Shown here one piece after another: positions 40,220-48,372 of a stretch of DNA of 64,000 bases. The notes below the pieces were generated by a model. It did not search any database and was not told where the DNA came from. It saw only the letters and a list, made by a program, of their open reading frames with translations. The stretch lies in assembly GCF_054482525.1 (NCBI RefSeq), contig NZ_CM137006.1. One strand, given 5' to 3'. The translations under genes and the position numbers were made by a program. How positions within the stretch are numbered: the stretch's first letter is position 1; each line of letters starts with the position of its first letter.

Positions 40220-40325
40220 GTGATTATTGAACGTGTTGATTAGGTGTGTAAAGTACTTTTTTCACTACGAAATTCGAAGTTTTTTAGTGTGGTGATTTAG
40301 CCTGCCTTATCACTACACTTCTTGC
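40220..40325. promoter_or_regulatory. candidate res/recombination site: clustered inverted copies of GTGTAGTGAT(T/A)A just upstream of the serine recombinase gene
   Basis: Motifs found at about 40226 (gtgtagtgatta), 40262 (tcactacg, inverted), 40283 (agtgtggtgatt) and 40309 (atcactacac, inverted). The arrangement resembles multi-subsite res sites. Confidence 0.3.
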
Positions 40326-40571
40326 ATGAGAATCATGTAGTTACATTTTGGTAAAATTAGCAAGCTATTAAATTGTGTGTTTATTTTGAAAAAATAATTT
40401 TTGTTGCATTAAAGAAAACTTGTTCGACAAATAATAGGTTGATTTTTGATCAATAATTTCTGATAGTGCTCTGTAAGCCGCATTACACAAGGCGCAGCGA
40501 AAGTGATGTAAAAGTGAAGAAAGCTAACATTGCACTTTTAAACTACTTTTCATTGAATTTTTTAGTATGGA

Positions 40572-40644
40572 ATTACACAGGAATAAGTTAGGGATATTCT
40601 ATGATTTACACAGGGAATATAGGGGGATTATGGTATTACACAGA
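40572..40644. repeat. three spaced (a/t)ttacacag motifs, 33 and 31 bp apart, upstream of the iterons
   Basis: attacacagg at 40572, tttacacagg at 40605 and attacacaga at 40636. Possible protein-binding array (DnaA- or IHF-like sites or Rep auxiliary sites). Confidence 0.35.
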
Positions 40645-40673
40645 GTGAGTGCTATGTGATGATTGGTAGTAAC

Positions 40674-40783
40674 GGTAGGTCACTGTGAACTAGGGGGGTA
40701 GGTCACTGTGAACTAGGGGGGTAGGTCACTGTGAGCTAGGGGGTAGGTCACTGTGAACTAGGGGGTAGGTCACTGTGAACTAC
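40674..40783. repeat. five tandem 22/23-bp iterons (TAGGTCACTGTGAACTAGGGGG), putative replication origin
   Basis: Copies start at 40676, 40699, 40722, 40744 and 40766. They are directly followed by an AT-rich tract of about 90 bp (40784..40870) made of ataataagactat-type repeats, a candidate DNA-unwinding element. There are no spacers, so this is not CRISPR. Confidence 0.85.
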
Positions 40784-41884
40784 AATAAGACTATAATAAG
40801 ACTATTAATAAAACTATATTAGATTATTAATTAGATCATAATAATAATATTCTTTATATCTATATATATATGATCTTTTGCCTTCCGGCGTTAGCTTCAC
40901 TCTCTGGCAAGCAGCCTTACTCCGCTACCTTTCGGGCTACGTTGGCTGGCCCGTTCCGCTCACACCGAAAGCAAAGCGTTACTTTCTTCGTGTAACTTCG
41001 TTGGCGGTAACGCCCACGAAGGAATACTATTGCGCTGTGCGCAGTAAGAGTAATCACCTAACCAATCATCTGATTGCTTACGTGTTAACTCTCTCTAACT
41101 CTTAATTACCCTCCTACATTTAATAACTCTCGTTATTCTCTGTAGTTGTGTAATTACTCGAAGAGAGAGCGGCTAAAGCTCAATTACACTCTGCTTTCCT
41201 CGTGTAATTTCACTAAGCCTCAATACAATTTCACTTCCTACATTCTGTAGTCGTGTAATTGTTTTCGGTGGAAAAGCCAGAGGCGACACCGAAAGAGAAT
41301 TCTGATCTTATTAATCTTATCTATCTTAGTTATCTTACTTACTTTATCTACTTTATTATTAATAATAGCTTTATAAGCTCTCTGTGTAGCTCTCTGACGC
41401 AAGAAACAGAGTTCAGGAAGGGAATCACCTTAGAAAAGTGTTCTTTGCGTCATAATGTGTTTTATGAAGGATTCAGAGGTGTTTCATAACAGAGATGTAT
41501 AGAGGATACTTTAGGTAATTAAAAATAAGGGGTCTAAATGCTTCTCTAACAGCATTAAGCAGGGTAGAGAATGGAAACCGCTTTGCCTACATATATAAAC
41601 TCACTACAGGGCTTTACAGAGCGTTTTATAAAGTGACTCTCTGTTTTATATCTACCATCACCTTTTCATATACCTAACAAATACAAAATAAGCCCCTTAA
41701 ATAAGCCTCTGGCGAGCTAAACAGCCATTACATAAGAGAATGTATTGCTTTTATCAAAACCTCGTTAGAACGCGTTTTAGAGCGTTTTAGCGGATAATGA
41801 AGAATAGCACTACACAGGAGAGCACGAATTGCTAAGAAAAAATGTAACTACATGAAAAAGATCAGATTTTTTGTGAAAAGGTAT

Positions 41885-41913
41885 TGACAAACGTCTCTTT
41901 CTGTGCAATAATA
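41885..41913 (+). promoter_or_regulatory. sigma70-like promoter (TTGACA-17-AATAAT) for the small-gene operon
   Basis: Consensus -35, 17-bp spacer and an A/T-rich -10, located about 125 bp upstream of the first ORF. Confidence 0.4.
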
Positions 41914-42038
41914 GGTATTAGAGGGACAGGAATAGATTCTTATCCTCTAAATAATTAAACCAATGCACCGCACTTTGAAGCCCAAGGCTTGTAAGGTGTG
42001 TTTTTTCTTTTAACCAAATAGAATAAGGAGGCTAATTA

Positions 42039-42227
42039 ATGAAATATTTTACTCCACAGGATGTAGTAGAAGCCTGGAAACGTGGTGAGATCAACCGCTT
42101 TAAAGTAAGGATGTATAGAAACACCGCTCGCCGTTGTGGTTATCCAGAGCGTGAAAAATGTTTTGACGATGCACTAAAAATTATTGATGAACTGCGTAAA
42201 GCTGAGAAAGAAGCAGAGAAAAAATAA
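42039..42227 (+). CDS. hypothetical 62-aa basic protein
   Basis: Strong RBS aaggagg. It is the first gene of a tightly packed 4-gene operon. Confidence 0.45.
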   Translation: MKYFTPQDVVEAWKRGEINRFKVRMYRNTARRCGYPEREKCFDDALKIIDELRKAEKEAEKK

Positions 42228-42249
42228 TAGACAAGAGAAGGAGAAAACT

Positions 42250-42417
42250 ATGAGCGAAACTAAGAAACCAATTCCGCGCACTTACCTACACGTTGACCCT
42301 GAAATCTTCAAGGTTTTATTTGCTGAAGCCAAGAAAAGGCAAATTATGGTCAGTGATTTGATGTTAGAAATCATTACTGAAGCAGCAGAGAACATCAAAC
42401 AAAAAAAGGGTAAGTGA
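42250..42417 (+). CDS. 55-aa putative ribbon-helix-helix (CopG/Arc-like) DNA-binding protein
   Basis: RBS aggag. Its size and the N-terminal beta-strand (PRTYLHVDPEIF) followed by two helices look RHH-like. This is an inference from sequence pattern only. Confidence 0.35.
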   Translation: MSETKKPIPRTYLHVDPEIFKVLFAEAKKRQIMVSDLMLEIITEAAENIKQKKGK

Positions 42418-42468
42418 TCCTCATTCACTTTAGTAGCGCATTAAGCGTGATTTATAAGGAGATTTTTA

Positions 42469-43158
42469 ATGATTAATCAACTAACTTTTACAAAACACTA
42501 TGACACGTTTGATAATGTATCAAAGATTTATTCTGATAAATTCCCTCAAGGAAAAGATTTAGATCTATTACATATTGTGCTTTATTTTCGATTCCTTAGT
42601 TATCAGGAAAACAACCTTAATTGTTATGAAAGTCACGAAACATTAGCTAAGATTTTTAAGTCTTCAGCGTCAACAATTAAACGTAAGATAAACGATCTTA
42701 AAGAGATGGGATTATTAGAAACATCCCCACATCCTGATCCGTATATTTCATCTTTGATTTACAATGCTCTCCCTCTCACAGATGCACATATTACTCCCCC
42801 AGGAGAATCATCACTCTCTGATCTTTCTGAGGCAGAAGAAGCACAGGAACAACCTAAAGGCCATAAACAGCCTTCTTTTGATGTTCTTGATGATTGGGAT
42901 ACGCCTTTACCCTGGGAGACGGAAGAAACACCTGTTTCATCAAGTGAAAAAGTAGCTAATGATAATGAGGAGGATGTGTTAGAGAATTTTGCCTCTCTTA
43001 TCATCCAGGAGAAACACACAAGAACAGGAGGAGCATCATTTATTGAGTTTGCAAATTCACTAGCTTGTAGATACGGGCTAAAACGACCAAATGGTATTGA
43101 GGCATATTTTTCTAAGAATTACCCAAATATATACGATGACTTTGATATTCCATTTTAA
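42469..43158 (+). CDS. 229-aa winged-helix protein with an acidic disordered C-terminal half, candidate replication initiator
   Basis: HTH-like segment HETLAKIFKSSASTIKRKINDLKEMGLLE. Strong RBS taaggag. It is encoded downstream of the iteron array. No recognised family without a search. Confidence 0.4.
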   Translation: MINQLTFTKHYDTFDNVSKIYSDKFPQGKDLDLLHIVLYFRFLSYQENNLNCYESHETLAKIFKSSASTIKRKINDLKEMGLLETSPHPDPYISSLIYNALPLTDAHITPPGESSLSDLSEAEEAQEQPKGHKQPSFDVLDDWDTPLPWETEETPVSSSEKVANDNEEDVLENFASLIIQEKHTRTGGASFIEFANSLACRYGLKRPNGIEAYFSKNYPNIYDDFDIPF

Positions 43159-43169
43159 TAAGGAGGGTT

Positions 43170-43415
43170 ATGATTCAATATTTAGTAAAAAATCAAGTAG
43201 ACAGAATTCAGTGTAATGACACAGGAAAACGCATCTACGAGACACTTGTTTACCTCTATAAAGGAAAGCCAACACCGCTAAAATATAGCGATGTGTTACA
43301 TCGAGCAGGTTGCTCTGAGTCAGGTTTAAAATTCTGGCTGAAACAGCTATCAAATTTCGGTGTTATTGAAATGAAAGAGCTGTCTTTTTCTACATTCAAC
43401 CTCAAGAAGTTATAG
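43170..43415 (+). CDS. 81-aa putative winged-helix DNA-binding protein
   Basis: RBS aaggaggg. The segment DVLHRAGCSESGLKFWLKQLSNFGVIE resembles a wHTH. Confidence 0.4.
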   Translation: MIQYLVKNQVDRIQCNDTGKRIYETLVYLYKGKPTPLKYSDVLHRAGCSESGLKFWLKQLSNFGVIEMKELSFSTFNLKKL

Positions 43416-43580
43416 AAAATAGAATTCATCTATTCCACGCTCTAATTCTATTTCTCTGTTTAATATAAAAGGAAAACATTATTATGGTAATAGCTATGTG
43501 GTGGTTGTTGTTTTTTATGCTCGTAGAAACATATGCAAGTAAGTCTGGAAAACAAAAATAATATATTGATGATTTGTTTT

Positions 43581-43820
43581 TTATAACTTCGTGGTGTCAA
43601 GTCCAGCAGCTTTGAGTCGCTCGGTAAGATTTCTCATTTTGCTGAACTCTGTACCAAAGCTGGCTTTAAGTCCTACACCTTCACAAAACTCTTTTGCCGT
43701 AACCTTTTTCAGATGGTCAGCATATTTGATCATCTGGAGGTGCATTTCCATCGTTTGGCTATTTCGTGGTGCGCTGCTAATGGCTTGCTTAATGTTCTCG
43801 TAGATCTGGGTTTCTGTCAT
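43581..43820 (-). CDS. 79-aa hypothetical protein, convergent with the operon, at the island right end
   Basis: RBS ggtgag. No recognised family. Confidence 0.4.
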   Translation of the reverse strand: MTETQIYENIKQAISSAPRNSQTMEMHLQMIKYADHLKKVTAKEFCEGVGLKASFGTEFSKMRNLTERLKAAGLDTTKL

Positions 43821-44032
43821 TTTTTATCTCACCTATCAAATTTAGATAAATAATATAAATTAGCAAATTAAGATAATCAATAGTTTTTATCATCTGAATG
43901 ATAGATGTTAAATGTTTCTTTTTCATTTCTGATATGGGGTACAAAATGGGGTACACAGAGAAGAAGCAATTAATGGAGGCGAGCTTGCATCTGCAAGCCA
44001 CTTCCCCTAAGCTGGCACAAAATATAGAGATT

Positions 44033-44114
44033 CAACCAAACGACTCGGGGTGCCCTTCTGCGTGAAGGCTGAGAAATACCCGTATCACCTGATCTGGATA
44101 ATGCCAGCGTAGGG
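44033..44114. repeat. attR-like 82-bp direct repeat (5' part of the native thiM riboswitch)
   Basis: Identical to 36143..36224. It is contiguous with the remainder of the thiM leader. Confidence 0.85.
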
Positions 44115-44166
44115 AAGTCACGGACCACCAGGTCATTGCTTCTTCACGTTATGGCAGGAGCAAACT
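44033..44166 (+). ncRNA. TPP (thi-box) riboswitch in the thiM 5' leader
   Basis: The sequence ...ACGACTCGGGGTGCCCTTCTGCGTGAAGGCTGAGAAATACCCGTATCACCTGATCTGGATAATGCCAGCGTAGGGAAGTCACGGACCACCAGGTCATTGCTTCTTCACGTTATGGCAGGAGCAAACTATG matches the well-studied E. coli thiM riboswitch, both aptamer and expression platform. Confidence 0.9.
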
Positions 44167-44955
44167 ATGCAAGTCGACCTGCTGAGTTCCGCGCAATCTG
44201 CGCACGCGTTACACCTTTTTCACCAACATTCCCCTCTTGTGCACTGCATGACCAACGATGTGGTGCAAACCTTTACTGCCAATACCTTGCTGGCGCTCGG
44301 TGCATCGCCAGCGATGGTTATCGAAACCGAAGAGGCCAGTCAGTTTGCGGCTATCGCCAGTGCGTTGCTGATTAACGTTGGCACGCTGACGCAGCCACGC
44401 GCACAGGCGATGCGTGCCGCCGTTGAACAGGCAAAACGCTCTCAAACACCCTGGATGCTTGATCCAGTAGCGGTGGGTGCACTCGATTATCGCCGCCGTT
44501 TTTGTCTGGAACTTCTGTCTCATAAGCCAACCGCCATACGTGGTAATGCTTCGGAAATCATGGCATTAGCTGGCGTTGCTAATGGTGGACGGGGAGTGGA
44601 TACCACTGACGCCGCAGCTAACGCGATACCCGCTGCACAAACACTGGCACGGGAAACTGGCGCAATCGTCGTGGTCACTGGCGAGATGGATTATGTTACC
44701 GATGGACATCGTATCATTGGTATTCACGGTGGCGATCCGTTAATGACCAAAGTGGTAGGAACTGGCTGTGCATTATCGGCGGTTGTCGCTGCCTGTTGTG
44801 CGTTACCAGGCGATATGCTGGAAAATGTCGCATCTGCCTGTCACTGGATGAAACAAGCCGGAGAACGCGCAGTCGCCAGAAGCGAGGGGCCAGGCAGTTT
44901 TGTTCCACATTTCCTTGATGCGCTCTGGCAATTGACGCAGGAGGTGCAGGCATGA
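44167..44955 (+). CDS. thiM: hydroxyethylthiazole kinase
   Basis: 262 aa, [30 protein letters not shown]... Confidence 0.9.
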   Translation: MQVDLLSSAQSAHALHLFHQHSPLVHCMTNDVVQTFTANTLLALGASPAMVIETEEASQFAAIASALLINVGTLTQPRAQAMRAAVEQAKRSQTPWMLDPVAVGALDYRRRFCLELLSHKPTAIRGNASEIMALAGVANGGRGVDTTDAAANAIPAAQTLARETGAIVVVTGEMDYVTDGHRIIGIHGGDPLMTKVVGTGCALSAVVAACCALPGDMLENVASACHWMKQAGERAVARSEGPGSFVPHFLDALWQLTQEVQA

Positions 44956-45752
44956 AACGAATTAACGCTCTGACGATTGCCGGTACTGATCCGAGTGGTG
45001 GTGCGGGGATTCAGGCCGATCTTAAAACCTTCTCGGCACTTGGCGCTTATGGTTGCTCAGTGATTACTGCACTGGTGGCGCAAAATACCCGTGGCGTACA
45101 GTCGGTGTATCGCATTGAGCCTGATTTTGTCGCCGCCCAGCTCGATTCGGTGTTCAGCGATGTGCGAATCGACACCACTAAAATCGGTATGTTGGCGGAA
45201 ACCGATATTGTTGAAGCGGTGGCAGAACGGTTGCAACGTTATCAGATCCAAAACGTGGTACTCGACACCGTTATGCTGGCAAAAAGCGGCGACCCGCTGC
45301 TTTCACCTTCGGCGGTTGCTACGCTGCGCAGTCGATTATTGCCACAGGTTTCATTAATAACGCCAAACTTGCCCGAAGCTGCTGCCTTGCTCGACGCGCC
45401 ACACGCGCGCACCGAACAGGAAATGCTGGAACAAGGGCGATCGCTGTTGGCGATGGGCTGTGGCGCAGTGCTAATGAAAGGTGGTCATCTGGATGATGAA
45501 CAAAGCCCGGACTGGCTGTTTACCCGCGAGGGTGAACAACGGTTTACGGCACCGCGCATTATGACCAAAAACACCCACGGCACTGGTTGTACACTCTCTG
45601 CGGCGTTGGCTGCACTACGCCCGCGCCATACAAACTGGGCAGACACCGTCCAGGAGGCAAAAAGCTGGCTTTCATCGGCGTTAGCCCAGGCCGACACGCT
45701 GGAAGTTGGTCACGGTATTGGTCCGGTTCACCACTTCCACGCCTGGTGGTGA
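44952..45752 (+). CDS. thiD: hydroxymethylpyrimidine/phosphomethylpyrimidine kinase
   Basis: 266 aa. Overlaps thiM by 4 nt. PfkB-like fold motifs. Confidence 0.9.
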   Translation: MKRINALTIAGTDPSGGAGIQADLKTFSALGAYGCSVITALVAQNTRGVQSVYRIEPDFVAAQLDSVFSDVRIDTTKIGMLAETDIVEAVAERLQRYQIQNVVLDTVMLAKSGDPLLSPSAVATLRSRLLPQVSLITPNLPEAAALLDAPHARTEQEMLEQGRSLLAMGCGAVLMKGGHLDDEQSPDWLFTREGEQRFTAPRIMTKNTHGTGCTLSAALAALRPRHTNWADTVQEAKSWLSSALAQADTLEVGHGIGPVHHFHAWW

Positions 45753-45807
45753 GCACCTTACTATAGCTGCTTTGGTTATTGTCAGCCTTTGGCGCTGACA
45801 TTCAGGG

Positions 45808-46635
45808 ATGAAACCAATGCAGCTGAAAATCACCAGTCGAAAAAAATTCACCGCTTTATTATGCTCTCTTGGGCTAATTTCCATCGTTGCAATTTATCCG
45901 CGTCAGACGGTGAATTTTTTCTATTCGACAGCAGTTCAGATTAAAGACTACATCCACTTCTACGGTTATCGCCCGGTTAAATCTTTCGCTATTCGCATTC
46001 CTGCCAGTTACACCATTCATGGTATTGATGTTTCACGCTGGCAGGAGCGAATCGACTGGCAGCGGGTGGCAAAAATGCGCGATAACGGTATTCGCTTGCA
46101 GTTTGCCTTTATCAAGGCGACGGAAGGCGAAAAGCTGGTGGACCCCTATTTTTCGCGTAACTGGCAACTAAGCCGCGAAAATGGCCTGCTGCGCGGGGCG
46201 TATCATTATTTTTCCCCGTCGGTATCCGCTTCAGTTCAGGCGAGATTATTTCTGCAAACGGTGGATTTCTCACAAGGCGATTTCCCTGCCGTGCTGGACG
46301 TAGAAGAACGGGGAAAATTATCGGCAAAAGAATTACGCAAGCGGGTAAGTCAGTGGCTAAAAATGGTCGAAAAAAGTACGGGGAAAAAGCCGATTATTTA
46401 CTCAGGAGCCGTTTTTTATCACACGAATCTGGCGGGCTATTTCAATGAATATCCGTGGTGGGTGGCTCACTACTATCAACGTCGTCCGGACAATGACGGA
46501 ATGGCCTGGCGCTTCTGGCAGCATTCCGACCGTGGACAGGTAGATGGCATCAATGGTCCGGTGGATTTTAATGTATTTAATGGCACGGTGGAGGAGTTGC
46601 AGGCATTCGTTGATGGGATTAAAGAAACGCCTTAA
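45808..46635 (+). CDS. yegX: GH25-family lysozyme-like protein with N-terminal membrane anchor
   Basis: 275-aa ORF. Family and position support the call. The start is uncertain. Confidence 0.7.
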   Translation: MKPMQLKITSRKKFTALLCSLGLISIVAIYPRQTVNFFYSTAVQIKDYIHFYGYRPVKSFAIRIPASYTIHGIDVSRWQERIDWQRVAKMRDNGIRLQFAFIKATEGEKLVDPYFSRNWQLSRENGLLRGAYHYFSPSVSASVQARLFLQTVDFSQGDFPAVLDVEERGKLSAKELRKRVSQWLKMVEKSTGKKPIIYSGAVFYHTNLAGYFNEYPWWVAHYYQRRPDNDGMAWRFWQHSDRGQVDGINGPVDFNVFNGTVEELQAFVDGIKETP

Positions 46636-46686
46636 ATAAGAAGCAGTGATATACTCCCACCAGACTCCCTGGCAGGAAAAAGACAA

Positions 46687-47433
46687 ATGGAACAAGCGCA
46701 TACCCAGCTGATTGCCCAACTGAACGAACGTATTTTAGCGGCGGATAACACGCCGCTTTATATTAAGTTTGCCGAAACGGTAAAAAATGCCGTGCGCAGC
46801 GGGGTGCTGGAGCATGGCAATATTTTGCCCGGTGAGCGTGATTTAAGTCAGTTAACCGGCGTTTCGCGCATTACGGTGCGCAAGGCGATGCAGGCGCTGG
46901 AAGAAGAGGGCGTGGTGACGCGTTCGCGTGGTTACGGTACGCAGATCAACAACATCTTCGAATACTCGTTGAAAGAAGCGCGAGGTTTTTCTCAGCAGGT
47001 GGTATTGCGCGGGAAAAAGCCCGATACACTATGGGTTAACAAGCGTGTCGTGAAATGTCCCGAAGAAGTCGCGCAGCAGCTAGCGGTCGAAGCAGGAAGT
47101 AATGTCTTTTTGCTTAAGCGTATTCGCTATGTCGATGAAGAAGCGGTATCAATTGAGGAATCGTGGGTTCCTGCGCATTTAATTCATGATGTTGATGCCA
47201 TCGGAATTTCTCTTTATGACTACTTCCGCAGCCAGCACATTTACCCACAACGTACGCGTTCCCGCGTTAGCGCCCGGATGCCGGATGCCGAGTTTCAGTC
47301 ACATATTCAGTTAGATAGCAAAATACCGGTGCTGGTGATCAAGCAAGTGGCGCTTGACCAACAGCAACGGCCTATTGAGTACAGCATCAGCCACTGTCGC
47401 AGCGATCTATACGTTTTTGTGTGCGAGGAGTAG
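46687..47433 (+). CDS. yegW: GntR/HutC-family transcriptional regulator
   Basis: N-terminal GntR HTH (LPGERDLSQLTGVSRITVRKAMQALEEEGVV) plus a UTRA domain. Confidence 0.75.
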   Translation: MEQAHTQLIAQLNERILAADNTPLYIKFAETVKNAVRSGVLEHGNILPGERDLSQLTGVSRITVRKAMQALEEEGVVTRSRGYGTQINNIFEYSLKEARGFSQQVVLRGKKPDTLWVNKRVVKCPEEVAQQLAVEAGSNVFLLKRIRYVDEEAVSIEESWVPAHLIHDVDAIGISLYDYFRSQHIYPQRTRSRVSARMPDAEFQSHIQLDSKIPVLVIKQVALDQQQRPIEYSISHCRSDLYVFVCEE

Positions 47434-48372
47434 TTCCTCGCGCGTTGGCGCACAATCACCGCCCCGATGCCCGACAACCCACGACGCCACTGCATTGCCC
47501 AGTAATACGGCATCCGCCAGTGGCAGACCAGAGGCTAGCCCGGCAAGTACGCCACCTGCATGACTGTCGCCCGCCCCAATGGTGTCTACAACTTGCGTTG
47601 GAAATGCCGGAATGCAGCCAGAAGCGTCGTTGCTGAAATACCATGCGCCCTCTTTATCGAGACGAATGATCAACGGCGCGGCAAATTTCTCCTGCCATTG
47701 CTTGCCAAGTGTTGTTATCTCTGCGGATAAAGCAAAACGTTCGGCGGCAATCTCAGCCTCCTGACGATTGAGTGACACTAAAGGTCGACAGGTCATGATC
47801 CGCGCCAGCAATGCATCCGGGATATCGCCAATACGTGGGCCAAAATCGATAAACGGCGTCACGTCTTGCAGCTTTTCCAGCCATTCCACTAATAATTCGC
47901 CGCAGGGCGAGGCCAGTTGATAACCGGAAAAATAGAGCAGGCTGCCAGGCGCAACGGTTAATCGCGCCAGCCACTGGCGATTCCACTGATTTTCCACACC
48001 GCTGAATGACATAAAAGTGCGTTCGCCATCCGGCTCAACCAGCGCCAGACACCAGCCGTTATCACCTTCGGCGTTATCGATCAGGCTGATTAAGTCCTCT
48101 TTTGCCATCCGGTTGCGAATAATCTCCGCCCACACCCCCTGACCGAGCGGCAAGGCATTACCCGCTTCGATGCCGAGGCGCTTTAATGCCACGGCAATAT
48201 TCAGTGCACAGCCGCCAACGTTAACGCTCTGCTGTTTCAGTTCGATATCGCACCCACGCCAGGGGAGGGCATAAGCGTCGGCGATCACATCAATGACCGC
48301 CGCGCCGACGACCATCACCGGCTGACGCGTGGCTAATTCAGGCAGCAGCGTGTGTAATCGAGCGCCGCTCAT
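47407..48372 (-). CDS. yegV: PfkB-family sugar/nucleoside kinase
   Basis: 321 aa. Motif DTIGAGDSHAGG. Confidence 0.75.
   Translation of the reverse strand: MSGARLHTLLPELATRQPVMVVGAAVIDVIADAYALPWRGCDIELKQQSVNVGGCALNIAVALKRLGIEAGNALPLGQGVWAEIIRNRMAKEDLISLIDNAEGDNGWCLALVEPDGERTFMSFSGVENQWNRQWLARLTVAPGSLLYFSGYQLASPCGELLVEWLEKLQDVTPFIDFGPRIGDIPDALLARIMTCRPLVSLNRQEAEIAAERFALSAEITTLGKQWQEKFAAPLIIRLDKEGAWYFSNDASGCIPAFPTQVVDTIGAGDSHAGGVLAGLASGLPLADAVLLGNAVASWVVGHRGGDCAPTREELLLAHKNV

Larger units (their letters stand above)
36143..44114. mobile_element. integrative island of about 7.9 kb, AT-rich, inserted in the thiM leader, with plasmid-like or satellite-like gene content
   Basis: Bounded by 82-bp perfect direct repeats. 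Carries int, an HNH nuclease, an XRE regulator, a serine recombinase, an iteron region and a small-gene operon. In K-12, rcnR and thiM are adjacent. Confidence 0.75.

Noticed and set aside
40674-40783. Five regularly spaced 22/23-bp direct repeats considered as a possible CRISPR array
   Set aside because: The repeats are contiguous with no spacers, there are no cas genes nearby, and an AT-rich DUE follows. They are iterons, not CRISPR.
44136-44375. 79-aa ORF overlapping the thiM start in another frame
   Set aside because: It overlaps the riboswitch and the thiM coding sequence and has no independent RBS. It is a frame artefact.
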